Shown: positions 1 to 11,170 of the stretch, in pieces
How the letters are laid out: each line of letters begins with the position of its first letter
How positions within the stretch are numbered: position 1 is the first letter of the stretch
Assembly: GCF_004010195.1 (NCBI RefSeq)
Contig: NC_057719.1
Span: forward strand, 66,522,066-66,586,065
DNA from: Chiloscyllium plagiosum
Lineage: Eukaryota
DNA: 64,000 nucleotides
Reading direction: 5' to 3'
Notes under the pieces: generated by a model
Seen by the model: the letters and a program-made list of their open reading frames with translations, nothing else
Told to the model about the DNA's origin: nothing
Databases searched by the model: none
Translations under genes and position numbers: made by a program

Positions 1-326
1 GTGCGACATTGACTGATCTGCTGCAGCATTTCTACAGATCCTATCGGAGCGTCTGTAGCAAATTTCACTGGGGCACCAATGTTACCAAGAGATTATCCTG
101 CTTTTTAAAAGAACTCTGTCCATGGAAGCATTCAGGGACATTGCAGCCAGCAGAACATGTACAATGACCCAGTGAAGCTATTTTGGAGGCTAGTCTAGTT
201 ACCAAAATAAACTAATGTGAAAATACTTACAACATCTCTAAGTAAAGCACAAAAACCATCATTATATGAGTAGATAGGCATATTTAATTAATGTTGATTA
301 TTAATGCATATACTGTTTCTCAACAG

Positions 327-1024
327 AATGAATTTGAATTGAAGCTTTTCCATATACGTGGGGAACATGCCGAAGAAATAACTAAACTTGAAGAAACTAT
401 TGTGCAGCTACAAAATAAATTGGAAAATAAAATAAAAGAGGGCAAGTCTGAAACAAGGGACATTGCTGTTTCCACTGCAGATGAACTTGTGGTGAAAACA
501 TTTCGCAACGTTTGCATTCAAACTGACCGAGAAACGTTCATACAGTTGAATCAAGATGATGGCAAGATAGCAAAAAGCAATCTGAGCACCCCAGGAAAGT
601 TGAAGCTTGCATCCTTGAACTTGAATGGTCAGTCAGCTTGCTCTCTCCATACTACAAAGGAGGAAGCTTTACCATCTTCACAAACCTCAACGTCACAAGA
701 ATCTCAGCCTGTACCACTTCCTCTGTTAACACCATCACTTTCAGGTTCTCAAAGTTCTCCTACTGCACTCCTGAGTGGTCCACCAGCTCCACCACCACCA
801 CCTCCACCTCTTCCAGGCTCTGGACCTCCTCCGCCTCCACCTCTTCCAGGCTCTGGACCTCCTCCGCCTCCACCTCTTCCAGGCTCTGGACCCCCACCGC
901 CACCACCATTTGGAGTTTCTAATCTCAGATTGTCAGCGGACAGACCTGTACGGAAGCCTATCATAGAACCACGCCGCCCAATGAAGCCTTTATATTGGAA
1001 TAGGATTCAGATAAAAGATTCCAG
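327..1024 (+). CDS. FMN1: Formin-1 internal exon: coiled coil, FH1 polyproline region and start of FH2 ([14 protein letters not shown]...[15 protein letters not shown])
   Basis: Acceptor tttctcaacAG|AAT (phase 0) and donor TCCAG|GTacca (phase 2). Motifs [22 protein letters not shown], polyproline and [20 protein letters not shown] match vertebrate FMN1 as recalled. The ORF-track ATG at 291 is intronic. Confidence 0.95.
792..890 (+). repeat. Coding tandem repeat, 3 x 33 nt, encoding ([11 protein letters not shown])3 in FH1
   Basis: Units 792-824, 825-857 and 858-890 all end in cctcttccaggctctgga; units 2 and 3 are identical. Confidence 0.95.
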
Positions 1025-1323
1025 GTACCATAAGTAAATGCTAATGTTGTCAGCATGCACATTTCTGTTTATATTTTGGGTGCTGTTCCGTTCCTAAAAC
1101 AAATTAGAGCTCTACATTAACAATAACATCACACAAATTGGCTAAATTCACTCAATACCTTGTAATTATGAAAAGGGAAAGGATAAACTAATCACCTTCA
1201 CCATCTTGGTGATATCTGGCAGTGCAGATAATCCTCCAGTTGTAGAAACTGACCCATGAATTACACGGAATGAAATTGAATAAGTTCTGTATTTGATAAG
1301 TGCTCTGCTTTGCCACATTACTG

Positions 1324-1530
1324 TTTCCTCACCTCCTCTCTCCCCACCTTATCCCAGATCCAACCCTCCAACTCGGCACCATCCTATTAACCTACCCTAC
1401 CTGTCCATCTCCTTTCCCAACTATCTGCTGCACCCTCTTCGCCAACTTATCACCATTACCCCCTCACCTTTACTAGCTCCACACTTTTTAACTCTGATCA
1501 CCAACATCTACAGTCCTCACTTTCTCCTCA
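1324..1530 (+). mobile_element. Internally deleted 3' fragment of a Penelope-like (Neptune-type) element
   Basis: Pyrimidine-rich sequence resembling 55090-55450 and 62260-62613 and ending ...cagtcctcactttctcc. Flanked by the direct repeat acattactg (1315-1323, 1531-1539). Confidence 0.7.
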
Positions 1531-2544
1531 ACATTACTGACCATGACAACAGAAATTTGCTCTTTAATCATCATATTAGTGGAAGTTGAAGAAGATAACA
1601 ATCTTTACAAACATTTTATTGTGTAATTTTAAATTAATGATTACAACAGCAAAAAAATCAAACAACATTTGTTTACTGGCTTTGCTCTTATTCATTGAAT
1701 ATTAACACTGGTTGTTTTTCACTACAATATACAAGTTCACATTTTGTCAAAAGACTGTTAACTTTATTAACTTCGGGCTAACTCTAATGCTTAAGGCAGT
1801 AACTATGATTAGTTGTTTGAGTGATTCTGGATAAAAATGCATGGGTTAATTTTACTCTTAGCTCAATTCTGATGGAAAACTCTAACTGTGCCCTGCTACT
1901 TTTCATCTACTATGTTAACATAATAATATAAGCAACGTTTTGAGGCATTTTAAGCAGTAAGTGCTAGGGAATCTTGGAAGCAATTTGGATTCCCCTAACC
2001 TGGCTGCCACTTATGCCTTCTGGAAGTAATCACAATTCCCTCCTTGCAGTGGCGACAGTAGTATTTTGAAATTGGGCTGATTTGGCCTTTTGCCATTTTA
2101 AGTCAAGACTGTGCCTTATTCCTGTCAGTCTCCCATCTCTGAAGGCCAATATGTACTTTACAGTCTAAATCAATGTCAAGTTATCAAGTCTCTCTGCCTT
2201 GTTTCAGTACCCTAAGTCCTGTAAATTTTGATTTATCTTTTCAATCCATGGCCTGTTTGTAATAATTTAAGTTGTTTCTGATGGTAAGCTTTAATTATAC
2301 TGGCTTAATCTCAGTCTTTTCTTGGATTCTGTTTTCAAAACTGCTCCAACTTTTGCCTCAGTGGGGGCATTTTTAATCTGGCCTCTAATGTGAGAATCAC
2401 TGCCGTGTTTAATTGTCAGAGTATCGAACATACTTCTCAGTTGTATCAGTATTATAGCAGGGTGGGAAAGCTAATTTAAAGAAGAATTATTGAAAATCTG
2501 CATTTCCTCCTAACTCATTTTAATTTAAAACAAAAGCCAAAACA

Positions 2545-2752
2545 AAACTGTGGATGCTGGAAATCAAAAACAAATCAGAAATTGCTGGAAAAACTCAGCA
2601 GGTCTGGCAGCATTGGTGGATAGAATGCAGAGTTAATGTTTGGGTCCAGTGACCCTTTTCAGAGGATCACGGCACCTGAAACATTAATTCTGTTTTCTCT
2701 TCACAGATGCTGCTAGACCTGCTGAGTTTTTCCAGTAATTTCTGATTGGTTT
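2545..2752. mobile_element. Fold-back Penelope terminal-repeat fragment (family B)
   Basis: Arms tgctggaaaaactcagcaggtctggcagcat and gatgctgctagacctgctgagtttttccagta are inverted around a degenerate HHR-like core. Confidence 0.7.
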
Positions 2753-2978
2753 CCCATTTTAAATTTTAAGTTTTAAGTTAAATTTTGTAACATAACAGAA
2801 TCATGATTTGTGTGCAGATGATTTTCTCTTTCATAGCTAAACAGCATAGACAGCAATATATTATTTGCTTTCTTTGTCCAAATATAGAGGAGGTGGGACA
2901 TTTGAGTTCTGACTGGGGGGCACAATATTAGCTTTGCTGGGAATAAAAAAGAAATAATGTACTGCGGATGCTGTAATA

Positions 2979-3070
2979 GTCATAGTATCATACAGCATGG
3001 AAACAGACCCTTCGATCCAACTAGTCCATGCCACCCATGTTCCCATACTAAACTAGTCCCACTTGCTGAT
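2979..3070 (-). mobile_element. CR1-type LINE 3' end fragment
   Basis: tacagcatggaaacagacccttcg is the reverse complement of the LINE tail seen at 25200-25257. Confidence 0.7.
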
Positions 3071-3669
3071 CTTAAATAAAAACTCAGTGCTGCAAGTATT
3101 CAACAGGTCAACGATATTTGTGGAGAAAAAGAAAGCGAGAGACAGAATCTCTCTCCACAGATGCTGCTCGACTTGCATTTTTGGTTTTATTCCTTAGACG
3201 CAGTTGAACATTTGTGAGAGTAAAGGAGAAGGGACCAAGATAAATACTTCCTGCTGTCTCATTGATAACTCATGGACTGGTTTAGCTGCACAAATATTAG
3301 GACATTGTAGAGGGATCGTAGGGGAGTCGTAATAACACACGTTTCATAAATGTGAATTGGCTATAATGTGATTGATGAATTGTGGACACTGTTTGCATAA
3401 CGCAACCTTTATACTGAACGGATATAGTGATGATCTAGAGAGTGTTTTTTTTAATAGCACGAGGTTGCAGAGGAAGGCAATCATTGCGTTATACCAGCCA
3501 TCCTTAGCTTAACTGCACCATAGTTAAATGGTTAGCAAAATACTTCTTGGGCAACTTCTTCTTTGCTGGAAACTTACAATTGAGTAAAATTTCAAAGTTT
3601 GTGAGAAGATTTGTAGCTCAGGTGCTCGTTGTTGTGGTTCTGTTCGCCGAGCTGGGAATTTGTTTTGCA

Positions 3670-3703
3670 GACGTTTCGTCCCCTGTCTAGGTGACATCCT
3701 CAG
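3670..3703 (-). ncRNA. Minimal type I hammerhead ribozyme-like motif (antisense arm of the Penelope hairpin)
   Basis: The reverse complement reads CUGAGGA-U-GUCACCU-AGAC-AGGGGAC-GAAACGUC, flanked by gca/ugc. Minimal HHRs are an established feature of Penelope terminal repeats. Confidence 0.7.
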
Positions 3704-4446
3704 TGCTTGGGAGCCTCCTGTGAAGCGCTTCTGTGATCTTTCCTTCGGCATTTGTAGTGGTTTGAATCTGTCGCTTCCGGTTGTCAGTTCCAGCTGTCCG
3801 TTGCAGTGGCTGGTATATTGGGTCCAGGTCGATGTGCTTATTGATTGAATCTGTGGATGAGTGCCATGCCTCTAGGAATTCCCTGGCTGTTCTCTGTTTG
3901 GCTTATCCTATAATAGTAGTGTTGTACCAGTCGAATTCATGTTGCTTGTCATCTGCGTGTGTGGCTACTAAAGATAGCTGGTCGTGTCGTTTCGTGGCTA
4001 GTTGGTGTTCATGGATGCGGATCGTTAGCTGTCTTCCTGTTTGTCCAATGTAGTGTTTTGTGCAGTCCTTGCATGAAAAAATCCCATGCAAGGACTGCAC
4101 AAAACACTACACAGGAAGACAGCTAACGATCCGCATCCATGAACACCAAGTAGCCACGAAACGACACGACCAGCTATCCTTAGTAGCCACACACGCAGAT
4201 GACAAGCAACAGGAGTTCTACTGGGACAACACTACTATTATAGGACAAGCCAAACAGAGAACAGCCAGGGAATTCCTAGAGGCATGGCACTCATCCACAG
4301 ATTCAATCAATAAGCACATCAACCTGGACCCAATATACCGACCACTGCAACGGACAGCTGGAACTGACAACCGGAAGCGACAGATTCATCCACTACAAAT
4401 GCCGGAGTAAAGATCACAGAAGCGCTTCACAGGAGGCTCCCAAGCA

Positions 4447-4480
4447 CTGAGGATGTCACCTAGACAGGGGACGAAACGTC
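4447..4480 (+). ncRNA. Minimal type I hammerhead ribozyme-like motif (sense arm)
   Basis: gca-CTGAGGA-tgtcacctagacaggggac-GAAACGTC-tgc: core boxes, stem II hairpin, palindromic ACGU stem III, GUC triplet and a 3-bp stem I. Confidence 0.7.
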
Positions 4481-5406
4481 TGCAACACAAATTCCCAGCT
4501 CGGCGAACAGAACCACAACAATTGAGTAAAATACAATGGAATATAATTGGAACGGTTTAGCTGTCTGTTCAGTTGTTCATAGATCCTGGACCCTTCAAAA
4601 GTTACTTTAAAAAGTACTTGTGTGAAATGTTATGTTGACAATCTGATTTTCATGAAGAGTAAGCTATGAATCACTGCTGAGCGGCTTAAGGATCCTCTGT
4701 GTTGGTCTGAAATCAGATAAGCTACAAAGTAAGAGAGTTTTAGTTTAGCTGATTAGTAAATTGCTCCCTTTTTATTCTAAATTAATCACAATGTGCCAAC
4801 AGCAGGAGATGCAGATACTGAAGCAGTAATTATTTTTGAGTGTATAATGATCCCACCCAATCCTCCCTACGTTTACGAACATGACATGCAATTTTTAAAA
4901 TTAATTTTCCTGTGTCAGCATCTCAGTACAGAGTTTATTAATTTTAGGTGTGCATACCAGTGTAATTTGGGTACAATTTGTACAGAACATACCACAGTAC
5001 AATTCTTCCCTTTCAACAAAAAGTTCTTCTCAGTTCAAAAATGGCTACATAAGTTCAATACTAAGGAATAGATTATATGAACTAATATTCGGTGTCATTT
5101 TTATTCAATAAAATTTGAAGATAGTCCATACTTTTAAGGTCTGATCTCTACATAATGTAATCTCATTTGGATATGCAAATAGAAACCGTTAACAGCAAAG
5201 AAGATTGATTTATTAAGTGGGAAAATAGCTGTATCCTGTCTGAGGAGTTTAGAAAGACAATTTTGCATTCACTCTACCATTACTCCACTGAAGGTGTAGT
5301 CACTGATTGCATACCTTCCAATGGACATTTAATAATTGAACTTATGATGCAACATTAACATTTTAGATGAAAGACAATTCGATCAACTACAATATAGAAA
5401 CTGCTG

Positions 5407-5701
5407 TCATAGAGATGTACAGCATGGAAACAGACCCTCTTTTATATCTTTTCCCTCTCACCCTAAACCTATGCCCTCTAGTTCTGGACTCCCCAATCCC
5501 AGGGAAAAGACTTTGTCTGTTCATCCTATCCATGCCCTCATAATTTTGTAAACCTCTATAAGGTCACCCCTCAGCCTCCAACACTCCAGGGAAAACAGCC
5601 CCAACCTGTTCAGCCTCTCCCTATAGCTCAAATCCTCCAACCCTGGCAACATCCTTGTAAATCTTTTCTGAACCCTTTCAAGTTTCACAACATCTTTCCG
5701 G
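5407..5701 (-). mobile_element. CR1-type LINE 3' fragment
   Basis: ORF RKDVVKLERVQKRFTRMLPGLEDLSYRERLNRLGLFSLE..RLRGDLIEVYKIM matches the CR1 ORF2 C-terminus. Confidence 0.9.
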
Positions 5702-5799
5702 AGACCAGAAGTCTTTGTCATGAGTTTACATCATTATCTGTAATATGCAGCAGACCACTTAAAATACACTTCTTCAAGGATAGTATATTTTAAAAATAT

Positions 5800-5922
5800 C
5801 AAAGCAAATTACTGCGGATGCTGGAATCTGAAACCAAAAGAGAAAATGCTGGAAAATCTCAGCAGGTCTGGCAGCATCTGTAAGGAGAGAAAAGAGCTGA
5901 CGTTTCGAGTCTAACTGACCTT
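5800..5922 (-). mobile_element. Single-arm Penelope terminal-repeat fragment (family B), truncated inside the HHR motif
   Basis: The minus strand retains ggtc-agtta-gact-cGAAACGTC. Near-perfect TSD ttttaaaaatat / ttttaacaatat at 5788-5799 and 5923-5934. Confidence 0.7.
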
Positions 5923-7419
5923 TTTTAACAATATGTTCTGTTTCACATGAAAAAAAGACCTTTATCTTATTTATTTGGAAACCAGGATTTTATCCTAATT
6001 TCCACAAACTTATACTAATCTTGCTATTAGCATATTAACAGGTGCCAGAAGCATGAGTTACGTTTGGGAATTTTGAAGAAAGTAACATTTAATGCTATTG
6101 CATCATATATTAATGGCAAAAAATGTGTTTAGCAATTGATATATGGTTGGAGCTCCCCTAATCACAAAATAACCACTGAGTGGTATAACAAAATGCATAG
6201 CCCAAGGTCCAAGTTACAAAAGGACCCTGGGCTGTAAGAATAAACTATTTAACAAATAATTACAATTTATGAACCTCAGCTAACTCAAATACATTCTGCC
6301 AATACAGTAGGTGCATTCACATATAGTTGGTATGTTTTTGCTATGAACTTAATGAATAGCTAATAATATTGACCATTATTTTAATCTGTTTGGGAAGAGA
6401 TAGTTTGCTGTGTTCATGCTGACAAATATTTGCAACAAATATGATGCTAAGTTGAATTATTTTGCTTTTTTTTTGTTTCATACAAAATTTGGATTGCAAA
6501 GATTCTGGTCAGTACTAATGTTTGTGAGAAAGGCAGAGAAATGAGGCAAGGCCTGTTCTTGCCTGATTCATGTTTTAGTTTGCCTCCAGTCTCGGTTGCA
6601 TTCTACTTAAAATAATCCATATGATTTTCTGTGGTTTACCACAGGATTGCTTTTCTCTTAATATGCCATAAAGACATGTTACCTCAGGTCGCCCGACACT
6701 GCTTCAGCCCACCCAGCCCTCCCTCCTCCACTTCTGGATCCGCACTCAAGATGTATCCATGGCTCCACAGGCACCAGTCTGCATTAGAGCAGGAAACCTC
6801 ACCCTGAACTTAGATTTCTCACTGAGGCAAGAATGGAGTTCAGCAACAGCTACTATCCAGCACTTGCACTCACAGCCTTACAGATCTTTATGACCTTTGT
6901 AAATTGAATGAATGCATGATGACAGGCTTGTTGCCAACTATCAGTTCATCCTATACATCAGTAAGTGACCTTGCAATACGCAGCTGGGTTGTGTTAAAAT
7001 GATTTGTTTTCTGAATTCTTTTCAAGATGCCAAAGTGTTAGCGGATTCAGTTGAAACACCAATCCCGATGTGTGTTTTGACAGAGTTTGAGCTTATATGG
7101 AAACAATGAAAGATATTTCGGTGCTTTGTAGTGGACAGCCAGAAACATGTAGCCTGTTAGCAGATAACAATGTGCGGTATGCCCAATGTGGTATCTAAAT
7201 ATGCACAGTGTTATAGGAGTGCATGTTGATCAGTTTTCACACCTGAGGTTACTATACAAGTGTTGCCTTTGATTTCCAGCATCTGAAAGGTATCTTGTAT
7301 TCTGTGAGATGGCAATCTGGTAATTAAAATCAATATTCCCAACTAACAAAATAAATATCATTTTATTTACATGCTATACTTCAATGTAAGTGTGATGGAT
7401 TTACTTATGTTTGTCATTC

Positions 7420-7752
7420 TTCTCTTATTCATTTGTGAATGTGGACATCACTCAAGCCAGCACTTATTGTCCATCCCTAATTACCAGAGAGCAGTTTAGA
7501 GTCAGTCACATTGCTGTGAGAGTCACATGTCAGAGACGAGGTAAAAGTGGCAGTTTGCTTCCCCGAAGGATCAGGTGGGTTTTTCCAACAATCAACAAGT
7601 TTCATAGTCATCATTAGACTCTTAATTCCAGTTTTGTTACTGAATTCAAATTCCAGTAACTGCTATGGCAAGATTTAAACCTAGGTCCCAGGACATTGCC
7701 TGGGTCTCTGGATTAATAGTTCAGCAATAATACCACTGGGCTGCCACCTCCC
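7420..7752 (-). mobile_element. tRNA-headed SINE, probably Deu-domain type; related degenerate copies at ~16375-16630 and ~45900-46160
   Basis: The minus strand begins gggaggtggcagcccagtgg (A-box-like) and has ggtttaaatc (B-box-like). Its tail agggatggacaataagtgctggc is shared with the LINE end at 60540-60605. The family name is from recall. Confidence 0.55.
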
Positions 7753-8749
7753 TGCTGTGCTGCAACAAATGCTGAATTTCCAAATGCAATTTTGATACAG
7801 GTTTAAAATTAACTAGCCACAAATGGGGTCTCGAATATTTCAATGCCACCACCTCAGAGATGTGGAAGATGCTAGCAAAAGCAGTCACTGTATTTACTTG
7901 CATAATAGTTGAGTTTTTCAGACCAAATCTTCCCTCAAAAAGGTGTTGACTTATAGACCAGTAATATTTGCAATGGGTTGAAAATGTTTTGTGCCAGGAC
8001 TGATGGAATATGTGTGACTTAATTGCTGCCATTTTGGAGCATCCCATCCCATCCTATTCCTTGAGACTATCCCCTGCTCACCATTTACTTGGCTGGCTTT
8101 CCCACTCACTAACTCTCTGCCAGACTCTTGCCAATTTCCTGTCCAACATTCACTGCATTGTTTCATATACCAATAGCCATATGTTGAATTAAGTAGCAAA
8201 AGATCTTCTGAGACCTACAAGAGTTTTTTTTGAAAATTATAGCTTAACACAAACATTAGCATCCATCTTTCCCATCTGGGCCTTTTGCTTGTCCTGAAGC
8301 TAGCCCCACTGGGGAGGAACTGAACTCTTAAATACGAAGTAATGAATATTACCTGCTCGCAGTTAAATTTGGAGTTGTTCTGTTTAAGACTTGAGCCTTA
8401 AAGGAACCTGGCTTTCTAATGCTAGCATACTTCCCCGACTGACTCAGTCATCTCTCTGTTTGATTCTCTCTCTCATGTCTCATCTTGCTGACTTCCTTCT
8501 CTATGACTCTATGGTGGGTTAGGCCAGGAAGTTGCAAATGAAAAAATTGGGTGGGGATGCAGGAAGTGAGTGAGAGTTGGTGAGGGGGGAACTAGGTGAT
8601 CTCGGGAAATGTTGAGATTGTGGGTTAGTTGAGTGTTTGAAATTTTTGGCCAAAATTCAGGAGTCAACTTATACACTACCTTAACTATTACTATAACACT
8701 GTGCTAATAACTGCTTAAAAAATGAGTTTGATAATTATCTGAGTAGAAT

Positions 8750-9212
8750 CAGAGAGTCATAGAGATATACAGCACGGAAACAGACCCTTCGGTCCAACCC
8801 ATCCATGCTGACCAGATATCCCAACCCAATCTAGTCCCACCTGCCAGCACCCGGCCGATATCCCTCCAAACCCTTCCTATTCATACACCCATCCAAATGC
8901 CTCTTAAATATTGCAATTGTACCAGCCTCCACTACTTCCTCTGGCAGCTCTATCCTATCTAGCTGCGACTCCACTTTCAAGGAGCTGTGAACCTGTACTC
9001 CAAGGTCTCTTTGTTCAGCAACACTCCCTAGGACCTTACCATTAAGTGTATAAGTACTGCTAAGGTTTGCTTTCCCAAAATGCAGCACCTCGCATTTATC
9101 TGAATTAAACTCCATCTGCCACTTCTCAGCCTATTGGCCCATCTGGTTAAGATCCTATTGTAACCCTCTTTGCTGTCCACTACACCTCAAATTTTGGTGT
9201 CATCTGCAAAAT
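8750..9212 (-). mobile_element. CR1-type LINE 3' fragment with internal deletions
   Basis: ORFs FADDTKI, MEFNSDKCEVLHFGK..ERDLGV and LPEEVVEAGTI..FKRHLD, followed by the LINE tail. Confidence 0.9.
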
Positions 9213-9723
9213 TCGAGGTGAAGTGGACAGCAGATGAGTAACAATGTTGATTTGATAAATATCTGATTAAAGAATGAAATTGGAAGTTAGGTAGAAAAAC
9301 AAATAGAAAAATGTTCCAAGATTCCAGATCCTGTTGGAGTTGGAGGATAAGGTAGAGCTGATGGATTAGCATGGGGTGCAGCAAATGAGGATTAATTAGT
9401 GAGGATGTATGAGCTCATAACTATTTTGAAAAATTATTGATTTTTCTTTCAGATCATGGTGTTATTCTAAAAACCATTCATTTGGAAAGAAGTAGATGAA
9501 AGTTGATCTTCAAAGGATTAGTTAATTGTCAATTGGAAAAACTAGGCTCAATGTTGTTGAAACAATTTTTTACATTCTGAGGGGAGAGGGATGTCAGAAG
9601 GCTGATTTTCAGAGAAGACTAGTGCTGAATTTCTTTTCAAATTGCTCAAGCAACACTGTTTTTAGGCAGTTTTCCCCAAGTCTCAAAATTGCAGCCCTCC
9701 TCAGCCTGACCTCGTAAAAGAAG

Positions 9724-9939
9724 CTACAAAAACAGAAGTTGCTGGAAAAGAACAGTAGGTCTAGCAGCGTCTATGAAGAAAAATCAGCATTAATGTTTCA
9801 GCTCCGGTGTCCTTTCCTCAGTTCTGAAATGTTAACTCTTTTTTTCTTCACAGACACTGCCAGACCTGCTGAGCTTTTCCAGCAACTTCTTGTTTTGTTC
9901 CTGAATTGCAACATCTGCAGTTCTTTCAGTTTTTATTTT
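9724..9939. mobile_element. Fold-back Penelope terminal-repeat fragment (family B)
   Basis: Inverted arms meet at a degenerate HHR (minus strand ctgaggaaaggacaccggagctgaaacatt). TSD gtaaaagaag at 9714-9723 and 9940-9949. Confidence 0.75.
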
Positions 9940-10132
9940 GTAAAAGAAGTTCACTGTCTTAAACATCAGCAACTCTTGTATTTCTCTTGGTTATTATTAA
10001 TATACATATTTACAGACATTTTCCCTTTAAAATGCAATCTGTCCTTAACTTGTGATAAAATTCTCCTCTCTATTGAGCTTTTCAGAATTACAGAGGTATT
10101 TCTGTCCTGTTGCTTGACAAATTTAAATCTGT

Positions 10133-10347
10133 ATAAAAACCGAAAGCACTGCAGATGTTGTTAATCAGAAACAAAAACAACAGTTGCTGGGAAAGCGCAG
10201 CAGGTCTGGCAGCATCTGTGGTGAGAAATCAGAGTTAACGTTTCAGGTCGAGTGAGGAAGGGTTACTCAAATCGAAACACTAAGTCTGATTTCTCTGCAC
10301 AGATGCTGCCAGACCTGCTGAGCTTTTCCAGCCATTTCTGTTTTTGA
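10133..10347. mobile_element. Fold-back Penelope terminal-repeat fragment (family B)
   Basis: cagcaggtctggcagcatctgtg and cacagatgctgccagacctgctg are inverted; the centre is ttaacgtttcaggtcgagtgaggaagggttactcaaatcgaaac. Confidence 0.75.
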
Positions 10348-11019
10348 AGTTGAAATTTATGTTCTGCAAAGCAAAAATAAAAATAGCCAAGCATTGCCTC
10401 TTTGTAGGTAACTGGGGAGGGCAGAGGGCACAATCCTTGAATGATGGAACCCGCTTCAATATTCAGTGTCGTTTCCATGGAACTTGCAAGTTGCATTACT
10501 GTTGGCAAGTAAGAGTGATACCTCTGGGAAGTAACAGCAGCCCATAGGGAAACAGGCAGGATGCACATAGGGTGGAGTGTGATCAAACTGGGAAGATGTC
10601 AAACATGTTTTGAGCTTCTCTTCTAAATATATAAAGGGTTGATTTGTTTCAAGCAAGAATACTGCTTGTTTGTGTTTTCAGCTTAACGTTTATGGTGGGC
10701 GAAGCAATTACAAAAGATGAGTGTGTTGTTCCTGACTCTTGTATTGGAAGCCTTTCATGCTGTTTCACCAATGAGAAAATGGTGATGCTTCACTGTTTAT
10801 CCAATTTATTGAAATTGCTGCAAGGTTCCTCATTACGTGTTTCTTGACAAACCTAAAGCACAGATTATTTACAGATTTTGTGCTGCTGCTCAAAAATTAT
10901 TTGATTTAGACTTTAAATTATGTTTACAAATCTTTGTGTTGAATCAATATGACAACCTTCTAGGTTAGTTGCTGTGGAAATGCAATGACTGAAGTTAGGA
11001 ATTATCTTATAATTTCCAG

Positions 11020-11170
11020 AGATGGCAATATCTCAACCATCTGGGAATCACTGGAAGAACCTCATATCCAAGATGCTGAAGAATTTGAAGAACTCTTCTC
11101 CAAACTAGCAGTGAAAGAAGTGAAGAAGCCTTTGTCAGACAGCTACCAGAAGACAAATAAGACAAAAAAG
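11020..11170 (+). CDS. FMN1: Formin-1 FH2 exon, 151 nt ([15 protein letters not shown]...KTNKTKK)
   Basis: Acceptor aatttccAG|A completes the phase-2 codon AG+A (Arg). Donor AAG|GTtaga is phase 0. The [20 protein letters not shown] pattern is typical of the formin FH2 N-terminus. Confidence 0.95.

Larger units (their letters stand above)
3591..4517. mobile_element. Penelope-like (Poseidon-type) element: two 5'-truncated copies in inverted orientation encoding the GIY-YIG endonuclease C-terminus
   Basis: The ORFs give CKDCTKHYIGQTGRQLTIRIHEH...AREFLEAWHS...INKH, a Penelope GIY-YIG pattern. Arms ~3630-4075 and 4085-4520 are reverse complements. A 15-bp TSD acaattgagtaaaat lies at 3576-3590 and 4518-4532. 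Confidence 0.9.

Noticed and set aside
291..326. ATG start of the 248-aa ORF
   Set aside because: It lies upstream of a good acceptor at 325-326. FMN1 similarity begins at the acceptor, so this is an internal exon.
749..966. Gly-rich minus-strand ORF and His/Leu-rich alternative-frame ORFs
   Set aside because: They are by-products of the CCN-rich FH1 repeat, with no independent evidence of coding.
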